A stretch of 64,000 bases of DNA from Tubulanus polymorphus (taxonomy: Eukaryota > Animalia > Nemertea), in the NCBI RefSeq assembly GCF_964204645.1, contig NC_134031.1, positions 124,001-188,000 of the forward strand, written 5' to 3'. The first letter of the stretch is position 1, and the number at the start of each line of letters is the position of its first letter. A program made the position numbers and the translations under genes. The notes under the pieces are model-generated. The model did no database searches. It was given only the letters and a program-made list of their open reading frames with translations, and was not told where the DNA came from. Of the stretch, positions 11,776-26,981 are shown piece by piece.

Positions 11776-12814
11776 AGTCTATATCAGCATCAGGATACTG
11801 TGATGCTGGTTTGAAGCAGCTATGTGATGCTGGGAATCCATTCATGGTGATCGTTTTGAGATGAATACAACCAGAAACAAACAACAACTAATGAAATAAT
11901 TCCATATTTAGTAATATTTTTTTTTCAATTTTATTTTAATATTTTTTTTCAGATTTTATGACACGTCATTTTTAATTCATGTTCCTTTAAAATGCGAATA
12001 AAGGATAATAATAATAATAATAATAATAATCTATATTACACAGATTGATGAAAATCATGCAGAGTTTTTCTGGTTATAATTTTTTAAGTTTAAACAAATA
12101 AACAAACTTCAAACAAAATGTTGTCGAGCCTCAGAGAAAGAATGAACCCTCTCTCCACCCCTCAGGCTGGTGAATAAACTCTTCCACACCCCTTCGGGCT
12201 GGAGAATGTGGGGTTTATCCTAGAGATAATAGTTTACTTATTAATATTTTAATTAAGTCTAAACTAATTAGTTATATATCTCCCAACATGAGAGCAATTT
12301 GTTTGTTTTTTTTATACAAATATAAAGTTAATGTTTGTATTGAAGTTTGTGATGACATTAATTCACAAAATAAAATAAAAACTGAATTCGATATTTTATC
12401 TGAATTATATTTCATGACTCGGCGACAAAACAAAGTTTTTATTCTAATCGACAAAATCAGGATCCGAAATATTTCTGTAAGAGAACTATTCGTGATTTGG
12501 CACGAGACTATGAATGAGATACCTCCCCTCCGCGAGGGAAACCCCCAAAACTCGGAAGGGAGTCCCCCACACCGGGAAGGGGGGTCGATCTCATCATCAA
12601 ATTCACTTTATTCAAATGATTGTTACAGGAAATATCATTTCCGTCACTAAAGAACCAGATATTTTCAAAACATGACACGAAAAATAATTACAACACAAAC
12701 TTTCTTATGAAACGACAGAAATTCATATCATTTACACTCAATACTGACAGAAATAATATCTTTACTTCGATTGATAAGATATCCTTGGGTGCTGCTTGCT
12801 GCTGAGAGTCAGTA

Positions 12815-12881
<67 letters not shown>
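12815..12881 (+). repeat. (CTG)n microsatellite at the duplication junction
   Basis: About 22 perfect triplets. Confidence 0.95.
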
Positions 12882-12882
<1 letters not shown>

Positions 12883-15425
12883 AAATATCTACAGAGGAAG
12901 AGGAACAATTGAGTATCAGTAATTACTGGGTTCGGAACACATCCATTCAGCATCAGGTGCACTTAAAATCAGTGTCAGTAATTACCGGGTTCGAACCTGC
13001 CGAGGAAAGTAGAGACCGGCGACCAGTTTACAAATTTAGCGGTGAGTTTGGTGGCAGCACCCTACGGTCCCCTTGCGGAAATTCTGTGAACTAATATAAT
13101 TACGGCGGGCTCGTACGTACGTGATTGGCCGTCAACTCTTTTGAAAAAATCGTATTTCGCTTTTAGAAAATTAACATTGATGTTAACATAACTGTTCAAC
13201 AGTCGGTTGAATATCAACAGCCCGTAATATTACATTAGTTCACATAAATTCCGCTAGTCGACCGTACGGTGCTGCCACTAATCTCAGAACATCATCAATA
13301 AATTCAAATATTTTTTATTGTACAATCAATACTAATTTATAAATTTATTTTATGACAAATAAACTTTTTTAGAAACACATTTAGTTTTTGATAGATCTTT
13401 ATTCCAGATTCCGAAGCTATGACACCCATATTCATCCTCCATTCAACATCTGGACCACTCTGAATTACTGGGTTCGAACCCGGGACACCCCGTACCGGGC
13501 ATCCTGTAGTCGGTTCAACATCAATACCACTCCGAATCAGTCTCAATAGAACGGGGTTAGTCTGTATACAGGCGGGGGCCAGTGGGCCCCTGTACATCCT
13601 CTATTCAGCATTAGGACCACTCCCATAGTCAGCATCAGGATACTGTGATGCTGGTTTGAAAGCAGCTATGTGATGCTGGGAATCCATTCATGATGATTGT
13701 TTTGAGATGAATACAACCAGAAACAAACAACAACTAATGAAATAATTCCATATTTAGTCATATTTTTTTTTTCAATTTTATTTTAATATTTTTTTTCAGA
13801 TTTTATGACACGTCATTTTTAATTCATGTTCCTTTAAAATGCGAATAAAGGATAATAATAATAATAATAATAATAATCTATATTACACAGATTGATGAAA
13901 ATCATGCAGAGTTTTTCTGGTTATCATTTTTAAGTTTAAATAAATAAACAAACTTCATACAAAATGTTGTCGAGCCTCAGAGAAAGAATGAACCCTCTCT
14001 CCACCCCTCAGGCTGGTGAATAAACTCTTCCACACCCCTTCGGGCTGGAGAATGTGGGGTTTATCCTAGAGATAATAGTTTACTAATTACTATTTTAATT
14101 AAGTCTAAACTAATTAGTTATATACCTCCCAACATGAGAGCAATTCGTTTGTTTTTTTTATACAAATATAAAGTTAATGTTTTTATTGAAGTTTGTGATG
14201 ACATTAATTCACAAAATAAAATAAAACTGAATTCGATATTTCATCTGGATTATCTTCATGACTCGGCGACAAAACAAAGTTTTTATTCTAAACCGACAAA
14301 ATCAGGATCCGAAATATTTCTGTAAGAGAACTATTTGTGATTTGGCACGAGACTATGAATGAGATACCTCCCCTCCGCGAGGGAAACCCCCAAAACTCGG
14401 GAGGGAGTCCCCCCACACCGGGAAGGGGGGTCGATCTCATCATCAAATTCACTTTATTCAAATGATTGTCACTAAAGAACCAGACGTTTTCAAAACATGA
14501 CACGAAAAATAATTACAACACAAACTTTCTTATGAAACGACAGAAATTCATATAATTTACACTGAATACAGAAACAATATCTTTCCTTCGATTGATAAGA
14601 TATGACTGCTGCTTGCCCCCCTCCTCCCCTCCCTCCCTCCCTCCCCCCTTAACTTATCACTAGAAATGAGGCAAGCTATTTTGACTGCATAGCTCAAAAT
14701 AATCAAACAGCATAGAGAGCATTGACTTCAGCTCCCTCTATGAGCAGTTTCATTAAACAATTACCGAAGGAAAAGGATCTACGAAAATTTCGAATTTTTC
14801 AGACAAATCCAGCCTGATTCTGACTGAGCCAGGGATTCCCTTTCAGTGCGAGGGATTCCCTCAATTTATACAACCGTTTTAATAAAGTCTCAACCGATTT
14901 CACACTTCTCTCATTTTTCATGTGACCTTTGATCGAACATAGCTTTCATTACAAGAAACTATTGCAAAGTGTTTATGCGTTTTTCATCTTTCTTTTTAAA
15001 TCAGCACCAGAAAAAAGAAATAGAAATTTATACTTAGCTTTCAAACATTAAAATGTACCAGCATCATTTAATCAGATTATTAGGTCATCCAGTAGCTGCT
15101 GCTGCTGGTGTTGAGTCAGAAGCTGCTGCTGGTGTTGAGAGTCAGTAGCTGCTGCTGCTGCTGGTATCGAAGGTCAGTAGAGGAGCACATAGTTTAATTT
15201 AAACGCTATATCTCAGCAGAGACACGTCACACACCCGTGTCAAACAATGTCAGTTAATTCTCTACGTTCAGGAATAAAATATTCATCATTTGTTGAATTG
15301 TATATTTATAGACTTGTTGTATAAAGTTGTGATCTGTTCGTCTCTGTCTCTCTCTCATGTATTCCTCGTTCCTCGCGAGTGGCACGACGTTTCTCACTCA
15401 CGAGTGTCTGTAGTAGTTGTAATTA

Positions 15426-17435
<2,010 letters not shown>

Positions 17436-18973
17436 TCAAATCAGGGTTCCCTCCCTCCATACACCACACCCACAGGAGGGTATCAAACTATGCCCAGTCA
17501 TCGCCCAGCACAGAATTTCACGAAAAGGATTGAATCATAAATAGATTTAAAGATTAGTTTTTGAAGACGTTATATTCATTTGAATATCTAACTTGCTGCT
17601 GATATCATGGACCTGACTGACTGAGTTGAGTGGAGATTTTTGACAGCTCACTTGACAGTTTGACAGCTCTCTGGCAGGTGAGGATGCTGTTTAGTTTTTA
17701 GCTCTAATTCACCGAATTCTGTTCACATTAATTCAATAAACAGACGAATAGATGAGTCTTTGTTTAGAGCTGATGGAAGATTATTCAAACAATTCGTGAA
17801 ATCAGTGAAACTCGCCGAAAATCAATAGAAATTCACGCAGAAACATCCGCCATTTTGGATTTTTTAGACGAAATCGAGAGAATTTAAAGCGATTTTCTCG
17901 AAAATCAGATCGAATAAAAACAGATATAGTTGAACAAACCTCGAATATAAAACAGTCTGATTGTAACGAACTGATCGGTTTAACTGAGCGAACTGTTAAA
18001 ACGGTTGAAATCGATGATAGAATCAATGGGTTTATTTACCTGGGCGTAGACACTGCAGTATTACCGGGGTTTACACTACTGTTTCAACGCGGTCCCTACC
18101 GCCGGAAGTTAACCACTTTTCTATTTATAGTAACACTATTTTTAGTAACTGGATTTGGGCGGGTTCGAACCTATTAGAAATAGCAGATTACATGACGTGA
18201 TGAAACAATAAATTTGAAGTTGTTTCAATGTAAAGTTAAATGACTTTAGTTACAATTTGAGTTGTAACAACAACGTACGTCAGGTTGTGCATCAATGTGG
18301 GTTCGAATCCTCGATTTCTTCAAAAGAAAAGTTTCAGCAACGCGCGCCGGCGCACACCGCGGGTATAAGACAAGGTAATAAGCCAATCAGTACGGTACAT
18401 ATTGTTCTTTTATTTACAGATAACATTTCAAGCCAACATCACATTTCAAAAGGAAAATAACATTTCTTAAGATTACAAATATTATTTGCTTGCTCTTTCG
18501 ATGAAAAAGGAATTGATAGTCATCATTTTTATTAAAAAAACTAAAACCACGTGAACGAGTTTTACCCGCTTTCATTATTCTTCGATTAGAAAAATTATTG
18601 CGATCACTTTTGAATTTTTCAAAACGTCAAAAACATAATTTTGCTATTTTTAATTCAGGTTAATTCAACCTTCGCGCTTCAAACAAAAAATAAAATTCCG
18701 GGATTTTCACAGAATATAATAAAATGTACAACCGATTAATGGTGCCATTTATAGCACATACCACTGCGGTCGATCCCATACGATAAACATGATTATATAA
18801 AATATATAGATAACAATAATTAAATGATTTTTTGAGTAATGCTTCAATCACCACAAAACATTTATATCAAATATTATGACTTTATGATTGTTATAACAAG
18901 AATTAAACTTAATTAAATTACAAGAGGAATTTGTTCCTTTAAAACCTCGTTGTTTTTCTACTGAAATAAAAAA

Positions 18974-21900
18974 TCAATCAGTTTTCACCGGATCTCCCGT
19001 CATTTCTAGCGGTTCAACGTCATTATTCGTAGGCGTCGTCTGATCAGAATTTGTGTTGTACGTCACTGATTGTTGCGTCGATAGCGGTTTCGTACGCTCC
19101 TTGCTGTGCCAAACGCCATACGAGAAATAAATCAGAAAACCTGAAAAACAATATAAAAAACCTTCACGTAATCACTATGGCAACCGTACGTTAACGTAAC
19201 AACGGTGTAATTGTTGCGGTGACGGAAACGGAAAGTGTACGTAGCAACGGTTCAACATTGTTGTATACGGTTACCTAGCAACATCCAGATTGAGAATCGT
19301 ATCCAAGCGAGATAGGAGAGTTTCATCAGGAATATGATATTGAGGAAGACACTTATCGCTGGTAGTAGGGGAACTAACGGCATCTAAAATCAGAATAATC
19401 AGATTATAATTTATTCAGGGAAAATAACGGCATCTAAAATCAGATAATCAGATTATAATTTATTCATGGGAACTAACGGCATCTAAAATCAGAATAATCA
19501 GATTATAATTCATTCAATTTATGAAGCAATGAAACACGGTTAATAATGTACAGTTTTAAAACCTCCAATCCTGATTTGTAAATCAGATTAATTCTGAAAA
19601 TGTGACAGTTTTAGAATTAATGTAATACAATAATCCACACAGTTAATTAGTCCAGGGTTTAATATCGACTAGGATCACCTTGTGCGTATATGGTTACAGT
19701 ACAGAGATGCGCGCGCACCATCTACTTCCGTCTGCGATACAGAAAAAAAGAAAAATCTCGAAAAGGAAAAAAAACGATTTTCTGAAATATTATTGCATTG
19801 ATATATCTCGAATTCAACTTAACTCATTGATGTGATTGGGTTTTATTTGGTTCAATACTAACAAATTCATGACCCTCATTTAATTTATTCCGAAAAAAAA
19901 TATCTAGTGTTGACATTTCTAAATCCAGTTGATCGCGTATTGTAAGTACTTCATTATGTGACCACCTGTTACAGAGTAGGTGAATAAAAAACCATTCATT
20001 TGTCTCTGTATCAGAGAACGAGAGAGCGTTTATTCAGCGAGCTTTATGTAAATTCCACAATAAAATATAGAAACCACTAATCGAGATATACAGAGACTGT
20101 ATCACCAATAACACCATATATAGCCAGCTACCACAGAACTGTGCAAAATAGGCAGCACGATGTACTTGGTACAGCAGATTGGAACTAGACACACCTTCAC
20201 CCTTAAACTCAGAACTCAAATATAAATCACTCTCAATTGCAGTTTTTTTTAACGCGAAATAGAAAGAAAACCGTTTTTGAAAAATATAAACTTAAAAATA
20301 AAACACATAAAGACCGCACCTGCGGAAAGCGAGGATGTAAAAAAACCCTTAAACTCTTACCTGAAACGTGAGGAATTCCGTGTTCTGTTCGTGCATTGTA
20401 ATCACTGTGAATGCAACAATGACTCCTAAACTGGCCAAAATAGTTAGTATTATTGCCCACCAGGCGGCGTGGTATAAACCATCACAGAATAATATGAGAG
20501 ATGCGAGTAATATCATAAACACGCACATAACGAGAGTAGCAGTGGCTACACCGGTACCACGAGGCAGACGACTCACTATAGGGACCGTCTCAAATCTCTC
20601 CTTCAGCAAACCGTAACGTTTCTTCTTTATCACCGGAAGTCCGTCGTCAGTTTGACCGGAAGTTAGCTGAACGGTATCGTCATCGTCGGATGACGCAACA
20701 ATCGATGCCACCGGTTCGAGTTTAAACTGACATTGTTCTAACGTTTGATAACGTAAGATTATAACGCAAATCGACACGAAAGTGACGGCGATTAAAGTAC
20801 CTAAAGATACAAACTCTGTCAGGTGTTCAACATCTAAAATAACATTTAATACACACGATATCAATGTAAAAACTGCAATTGAGATGATTGGAGTTTGAGT
20901 TTTAGGATGAACGTAGGCTAAACACCTAAATATTAAACCATCGGAAGCCATAGCGTACGAGCATCTCGGTACTGAAAACATATTCCCCAAGGTCGTACCA
21001 GTTATCGCTATTATGGCGCCAACTGATACAGTTATTTTAGCCCAAATGATATGTTTGGACTGAAACGCGGCGCTGAAAGCCGCGTTGGGATCTATTTTAT
21101 AATAAGGAATCATTAAAGTCAGAGCTAACGACATCATTATATATATAATAGTAACTACAGTAACAGCGACCCCGTTAGCAATAGGAATCGACTTGGCTGG
21201 ATTTTTAGTTTCCTCTCCAGCGATAGAAATAGAATCAAACCCGATATAAGCGAAAAAACACATCGCCGCACCGGCTAAAACACCCCCGAATCCGTGAGGT
21301 AGGAATCCTCCTGATCCGGCGGCTTTAACCCCCTCCGGAGCCGCGGAACTCCAGGTCGATACATCAGCATGAGTGAATCCTACTATTACTACTATTATTG
21401 TAACTATTATATTCACAAATGCGATCAAACTGTTTAAATTCATCGACGCTTCGACCCCGAAAGCCACGCAGATCGCTAGACCTATTATCAACAAGGGTCC
21501 AACAAAATCCGGGTATTCGGCTAAACCGTGTTCGGTGTTCATAGTGCCGATATATCTAATAGTGCCGTTGCGTATGGCTCCATTAGCCAGAGAGTCAATA
21601 GTGGCGCTCCAAGCTCGGGCAGTTCCGGCCGCTCCGATACAATGTTCCAACAACAAGTTCCATCCGATTATAAACGCCAACACCTCGCCGACTGTTACAT
21701 ACGCGTAGGTATAGGCAGAGCCAGCTTTGGGCACTCGAGCCCCAAACTCCGCGTAACTGAGAGCTGATAGAAAGGCTACGATACCGGCGAGGATGTAGGA
21801 TAAGAAGGTGGCTGGACCGGCGTGGTCTTTAGCTACAGCTCCTGTCAGCACGTATACACCAGCTCCTGCCATCTGTCCAATCCCGAAAAACGTTAAATGT

Positions 21901-22019
21901 ATCGTCGATAGACATCGTTTTAAAGGAGTTTCCATCAGGTCTTTATCGAGCGTTTTAGTTCTCATCAGGGCTGTCCAGGCACGTACCGCCCCCTGGTGAC
22001 ATTTACCGTCCGACGACAT
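18974..22019 (-). CDS. Cationic amino acid transporter, SLC7A4/CAT-4-like (exons 20361-22019, 19275-19383, 18974-19140)
   Basis: METPLKRCLST, YAEFGARVPKAGSAY, FFAYIGFD, GEETKNP and YAMASDGL. C-terminal MPLVPLLP...WIRFSIW...YFSYGVWHS. One large first coding exon. Confidence 0.92.
19370..19516 (-). repeat. Three ~49-bp copies of a splice acceptor plus exon start
   Basis: CTGATTTTAG|ATGCCGTTA repeated three times. Confidence 0.9.
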
Positions 22020-22154
22020 TATACCACTGCTGCTGCTGCTGGTCGCGGCGCCGGTTCTACCCTGAAAACAGGCACAAAATAAAAACGATCAGCGCCGGTC
22101 CAAATCAGCAATATACATATCGACGATAGAATATTCGAGACATTTTATGAAACA

Positions 22155-22323
22155 ATTTCAGGGGTGGACTTTGAGAATCGATTCTAAATGGTCAGGACAT
22201 GATCAATCTTTCTCTGAGGACCGAGGCCATCAAACCTCCCTTAAGTCTCCGTATAGCCCCCGATAACAACCAGGACTGAAATGTTGGGCCCCTATTCTTA
22301 AAATCTGAATCCGCCCCTGAAAT
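22155..22323. mobile_element. MITE, CAGGGGCGGA-end family
   Basis: ATTTCAGGGGTGGACT ... AATCCGCCCCTGAAAT. Confidence 0.7.
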
Positions 22324-22864
22324 GAATATACATTTACCAAGAAGACAGATTGAAATACATTGCGTGTAAAACTTACCAGAATATGAATATATATCTACAA
22401 TAGAATGAATACAGTTACAGTATGAAACTGTTTCAAGAGTTATTGTCAGGAGAGTGTGTGATAGTGAGAGGTGCCGTGCTAATGTATAGCTAGCTGTATG
22501 AGATAGCTGCTGCCTATAGTCGCGTCAACACCCGCCGTGTTGGTGCAGATGTGAATTGACGCGCAGGCGCACTAAGACAACGACAATCATCATAATCATA
22601 GTCTATTAACTATAATTCATTGATAACTGGGACAGCCAATATGACCCCCGCGAAGAATTTAGGACGAAAACAAGTGATGCGTTTATAAGCTTTACTGCTC
22701 GATAAACACTTTATAGCGGCTCGCGTTAGGACTTATGGTCTCACGTTCAGACCGGCCAGTCACGGCGTACGTGGGTCAGTACTGTTGTCGGGTCTCGGCC
22801 GCGTGAGCCCCGTGCCCTCCTGTCAACCTTAGCTTGAAGTCCAGTGCCGCGCTATATACACATA

Positions 22865-22995
22865 CAGCGGAACCTCGTTCATAAGAATCTCGTGGGCAAA
22901 AATTGAAACGATCTAGCTGGGACCGGGACATGCTGGTTATCCGTAATAAACGGGTTTTGTCTTATACGACTCGTCGTATTAACGAGGTTCAACTG
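22865..22995. mobile_element. Tc1/mariner (pogo-like) MITE
   Basis: TA|CAGCGGAACCTCGTT ... AACGAGGTTCAACTG|TA, with a TA TSD. Confidence 0.8.
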
Positions 22996-23080
22996 TAATT
23001 CACAAATACCGTCTATATTCACCACACACGAATGAAGACTCTGTCGCAATTAATTCAATAGTATTAGTTATAGTGAATCC

Positions 23081-23096
23081 CGCGCCCTCTGGTGGC
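23081..23096 (-). promoter_or_regulatory. CTCF-like motif
   Basis: GCCACCAGAGGGCGCG matches the canonical core. Confidence 0.55.
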
Positions 23097-24300
23097 TTTC
23101 TAAATTCTAGGGGTTCAACATGTTATTTATTCGATTCAAACTGATAAGATGAAACAAACAACACGTGACTGATTAATATATAACCTACGTACCTAAAATG
23201 AAACAATATTTTACCAAACTTTCTGCCTAAAACCACAACATGTCAATCCTCTCTCTGCGGTGCAGTGTGAGTCACAGCTCGTGGTGAGTGAAGTGTGCGC
23301 CGGGTCCGCGCTGCGCACTGGTTAGCGCGTCATGGTCGAACACGTGGTCAAACAACAATTAATGGACGGGCCCTTTACTGATAAAACAACAGGCCAGTAT
23401 AAACACACTATGTTCGATGAACTTCCAATGACCCTAGATTAAATGGTCCCGGCGCACAAATTAAGTATAGAATTTAAGGTTTGCTTTGTTAGAAATACAC
23501 GTGTTTACGATGTCAGGCAGGGGGGGATTAGGGGGAGGGGTGGTACCCGGGCAACTTTAAGCGGCTGTCGTTGAAAATGCGTCACAAACCACAAAAACAA
23601 GGTTTTCAAACTGATAGAGAATATTTAGTACGTCACAGTATATTGAATGTGAGTAACATATGGCAGGATGTTTGCGTGACACCTCGGACCCCATCAGATC
23701 TGATGACGTCAGCATTTCGGCTTCCATATCGATCGCGTATCGACAAAAATCGATCATTTTGTCAATCATTTTTTTGTTTAACTGAAATCTAACACCTGTC
23801 ACCATCATACCATTCAATATACCTCTAACTTTATCTGTAGTTATTGTTATAAGAACCCGGGTCCTCCTGTGTGTCTTGTGTCAGAGGCCGGGCACCGGAG
23901 AATTTCCCTACCTTCATCCTCAGCTGCCGGTGCCTGCTCGGCAGGAATATTTCTTCCTCAGATCCACTAGACATCGTCTGCTTTGTTTATAATTGTATGT
24001 TATAAATGGACGGATACAAATACAGTTGTAGTGTGTAGAAAATATTTATAGTAACATCTGGTGATTCTCGACGAGTCAACGACAGCGGGGAACTAATGAC
24101 ACCGAAATACGATAGATGGCGCATTCGTCGTTACCACCAAGTCCACATATTCAATCCGAGTAAATCGCCTTACCTAACTATGATAACCCCCTCGTCCACA
24201 AAAAAAAAAACGCCGAGGACATAGAATATTTTCAAATAAGAAAAATATTCCAACCGTCATGAATTTGATCTAACGAAAAGTTCACTGATCCCGCCGTTAC

Positions 24301-24580
24301 CCAAGGGCGGATCCAAGGACGAGCGAACTAATAGTCTCCCTGCTCTAAATTTCTTGAGGTGGCTCTCATAAAATCTTCCGTTCGGGAAAAAAAGAATCTT
24401 TTTTCCATTTTAAAGAAACGTAAATTATTGCCTCATGCTAGCTAGTGTTGGAGAACACCAACATGTCAAAAGTTTTCCTCTTCGGTGCTCGCCACGTCAG
24501 GGTGCCCTTCGCAATTACTTGTGCCCTTCGGTACCAGCTGGGTCTCGGCCCTGCTTCCTAAAATGATGGCTCCGCCCTGG
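24301..24580. mobile_element. MITE-like element, AGGGCGGATCC-end family
   Basis: CCAAGGGCGGATCCA ... TGGCTCCGCCCTGG. Confidence 0.55.
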
Positions 24581-25558
24581 TGGTTCCCCGCTGGGCCCAG
24601 ATTAATCATACATACTTTCGGTTTCGGGCAGGTCAATCTTTTATTTCAGAAAGGACACGTGATTAGTGAGATGAACAATATTTTAGCGAGTTCCGATTAT
24701 AATACAAAAACTGTTTGGCATCGTTTCAAAAACGTACGGATATGTAAGGGGATACGGGAGGAGGCGGGACGAGCGCGTGGCTCGTGTATATATCAGGGTC
24801 GAATCCCACAAAAACGAACTCCTTCCGAATATCAAGGTTTTATTTTGACGCCGGTGATTATTCAGATTACTCGTATCAATTATTTGAAATATAATAGAAA
24901 TTCCTATGTTTTTCAATTAAGGCGTAGTTATGTATTTGGCTGTTTGCCAGCGCGCCAGTGTATACGTCACACCCGCCAAATATACTCCATTCATTACCAT
25001 TTGCACTCGGTGCGCACGCATCCAGTCTGGAATGTATGCGAGCCAGTCTATTTTTATGTGTAGGGGTGTTCTCTTTGACGTTGTATCAAAAACGTTTTTC
25101 ACGTGATACAAACAAACACATTTTGATAAATATCAGTATCGAGATTTATTAAAAGATATCTTATTAGTCGAAACCCTTGAAAACATTTGGCTTAATCTAT
25201 CCACTCAGATATAGAGCATCGAGTCTCAGAGTGTGGCTCCCCCTGTAGTGAAATTGTAACAACCCGTCTCCGACTTCGATTCATAAAATTATCTGGACGT
25301 GTTCATCGAGTGAGTACTCCATATCAAAACATTGGATTATTTACCTCAATTTCACCTGAATTTACGCGTCTAAACTTTGGATACAACTGTATATATTCAG
25401 TATTAACGGTTTGTATCCGGTATTGTATGAATTGATACAGAAATCACGAGGAATACGGACTAATATTTCACGACGGTAGTTGTGACGACGATTGTAGTTT
25501 TAGTTCTCAGTGTGTGCCGCGCGTCGTGTTGACCTGTATTTGACTTGTTTGTATAAAG

Positions 25559-26059
25559 ATGTACCCGAACGCTACACGCGGGTATATGCCGTTCGCTCCT
25601 ACTTACGACCAACGTAAAGCGCAGTACCAGAGAACAAGACATAAAAGCGCCGAAAGTAAGAAACTATCGAATAAAACCGATCCTAGAAAGACAAATTCGT
25701 TACCAGCTCTTGGTAACGACGTAGTTCGCAAACCGCGTTTCATGAGCGTTCCCGATTTAGAGAAGAGTCGACATACAGTATCTGTCGATTCGAAAGAGAA
25801 CCTTTTGGCTTCGTTCTTAAACCTGTTCAAAAAGTCTAAACGTGATAAAAATTCGCGGAATCGAACTGACAGCGAGAAAGAGAACAACGTGATCGTTCAT
25901 CGTCGATTGGAGTCGATCATGGAGGAGGAAGAACCCCATCACTCCAGTCAGTCTCCTAAACGACCTAAAACTGATATAGTTGGCTCGGAGCCAAATTCTC
26001 CAGTGTGTTCTAACGGTAATCTAACTCCTAGTGTTTATTCATCTACTGCTAGTATATGA
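25559..26059 (+). CDS. Intronless uncharacterised 166-aa protein, predicted disordered
   Basis: Non-repetitive ATG-to-TGA ORF. TATA-like sequence at ~25390 and AATAAA at ~26570. Hydrophilic, motif-rich sequence. Confidence 0.6.
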   Translation: MYPNATRGYMPFAPTYDQRKAQYQRTRHKSAESKKLSNKTDPRKTNSLPALGNDVVRKPRFMSVPDLEKSRHTVSVDSKENLLASFLNLFKKSKRDKNSRNRTDSEKENNVIVHRRLESIMEEEEPHHSSQSPKRPKTDIVGSEPNSPVCSNGNLTPSVYSSTASI

Positions 26060-26149
26060 TGATAGTTTCTCATTAGTTCAATATATATATATCATATAAT
26101 ATATGTGCTATAATTGTGTGCTGTCTTCTTCGAGAGTTACAATCATGAC

Positions 26150-26385
26150 ATACCCCTCCCTCATCGAGGTCGTGTGGAGACTCGTGCGGACCCCTCCTTC
26201 ATCGAGGTCGTGCGGAGACTCGTGCGGACCCCTCCTTCATCGAGGTCGTGCGGAGACTCGTGCGGACCCCTCCTTCATCGAGGTCGTGCGGAGACTCGTG
26301 CGGACCTCTTCCTCATCGAGGTCGTGTGGAGACTCGTGAAGACCTCTCGCAGTGGCGAGGTCCTGTGGAGACTCGTGAGGACCTG
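26150..26385. repeat. 38-bp minisatellite
   Basis: TCATCGAGGTCGTG(C/T)GGAGACTCGTG units. Confidence 0.9.
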
Positions 26386-26638
26386 CTGCACGTCTGACCA
26401 GAAGATTTATGGTTATCGTTCATGGACTGCGTGTTGGATCAGATGGACTGCGTATCGGACTGGAGGGAGTCGTCCTCTCACAACTCATAAAATTGTCTCG
26501 TTTAGTGATTTCGCTGCGTTACCGTGGTATTTATTATTGCATGTTGCCGTGACGATTGATCGTTGAATTAATAAAAACATCAAAAACAAGAGAGAAACCA
26601 AAATGTGATAAAAATAGTTTGAATTCCAGCCTTCAGTG

Positions 26639-26820
26639 CGTACAGTCAATAGAGGGCGCTGTGACTTCAGTGCAGTATCAGACTGCTGCTCGTACAGTCA
26701 ATAGAGGGCGCTGTGACTTCAGTGCGGCATCAGACTGCTGCTCGTACAGTCAATAGAGGGCGCTGTGATTTCAGTGCGGCATCAGACTGCTGCTCGTACA
26801 GTCAATAGAGGGCGCTGTGA
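26639..26820 (+). repeat. 52-bp tandem repeat (3.5 units), each with CAATAGAGGGCGCTG
   Basis: Units start at 26639, 26691, 26743 and 26795. Confidence 0.95.
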
Positions 26821-26981
26821 TGTGTGGTGTATTTATATACAGCTTTTGAAAATGGCTTAAATTTTAATGTCATTTCAGTGAAAATCAATGTTTTTGAATG
26901 AAAATGCGTAAAACGGGTTTAAAATAGGCTGTGTTTAGTTGTGAGTCTGGATTCATATACTGTCACTCAGTTAACTATCAA

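Larger units (their letters stand above)
10602..15163 (+). repeat. Tandem segmental duplication (copy 1 10602-12881; copy 2 12882-~15163) of the CDC42 3' region
   Basis: AAATATCTACAGAGGAAGAGGAAC starts at both 10602 and 12882. The copies are near-identical over more than 1.5 kb, with SNPs and indels. Confidence 0.95.

Noticed and set aside
12762-12962. PolyQ protein
   Set aside because: A CTG microsatellite at a duplication junction, with no coding context.
14900-15420. Alternative CDC42 last exon (vertebrate-style isoform)
   Set aside because: No second [10 protein letters not shown]-like exon seen.
20368-21999. Plus-strand ORFs over the SLC7A4-like exon
   Set aside because: Antisense shadows of a real CDS.
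24485-25152. 192-aa ORF and neighbours
   Set aside because: Non-ATG start, overlap with a MITE-like element, and no protein-like motifs.
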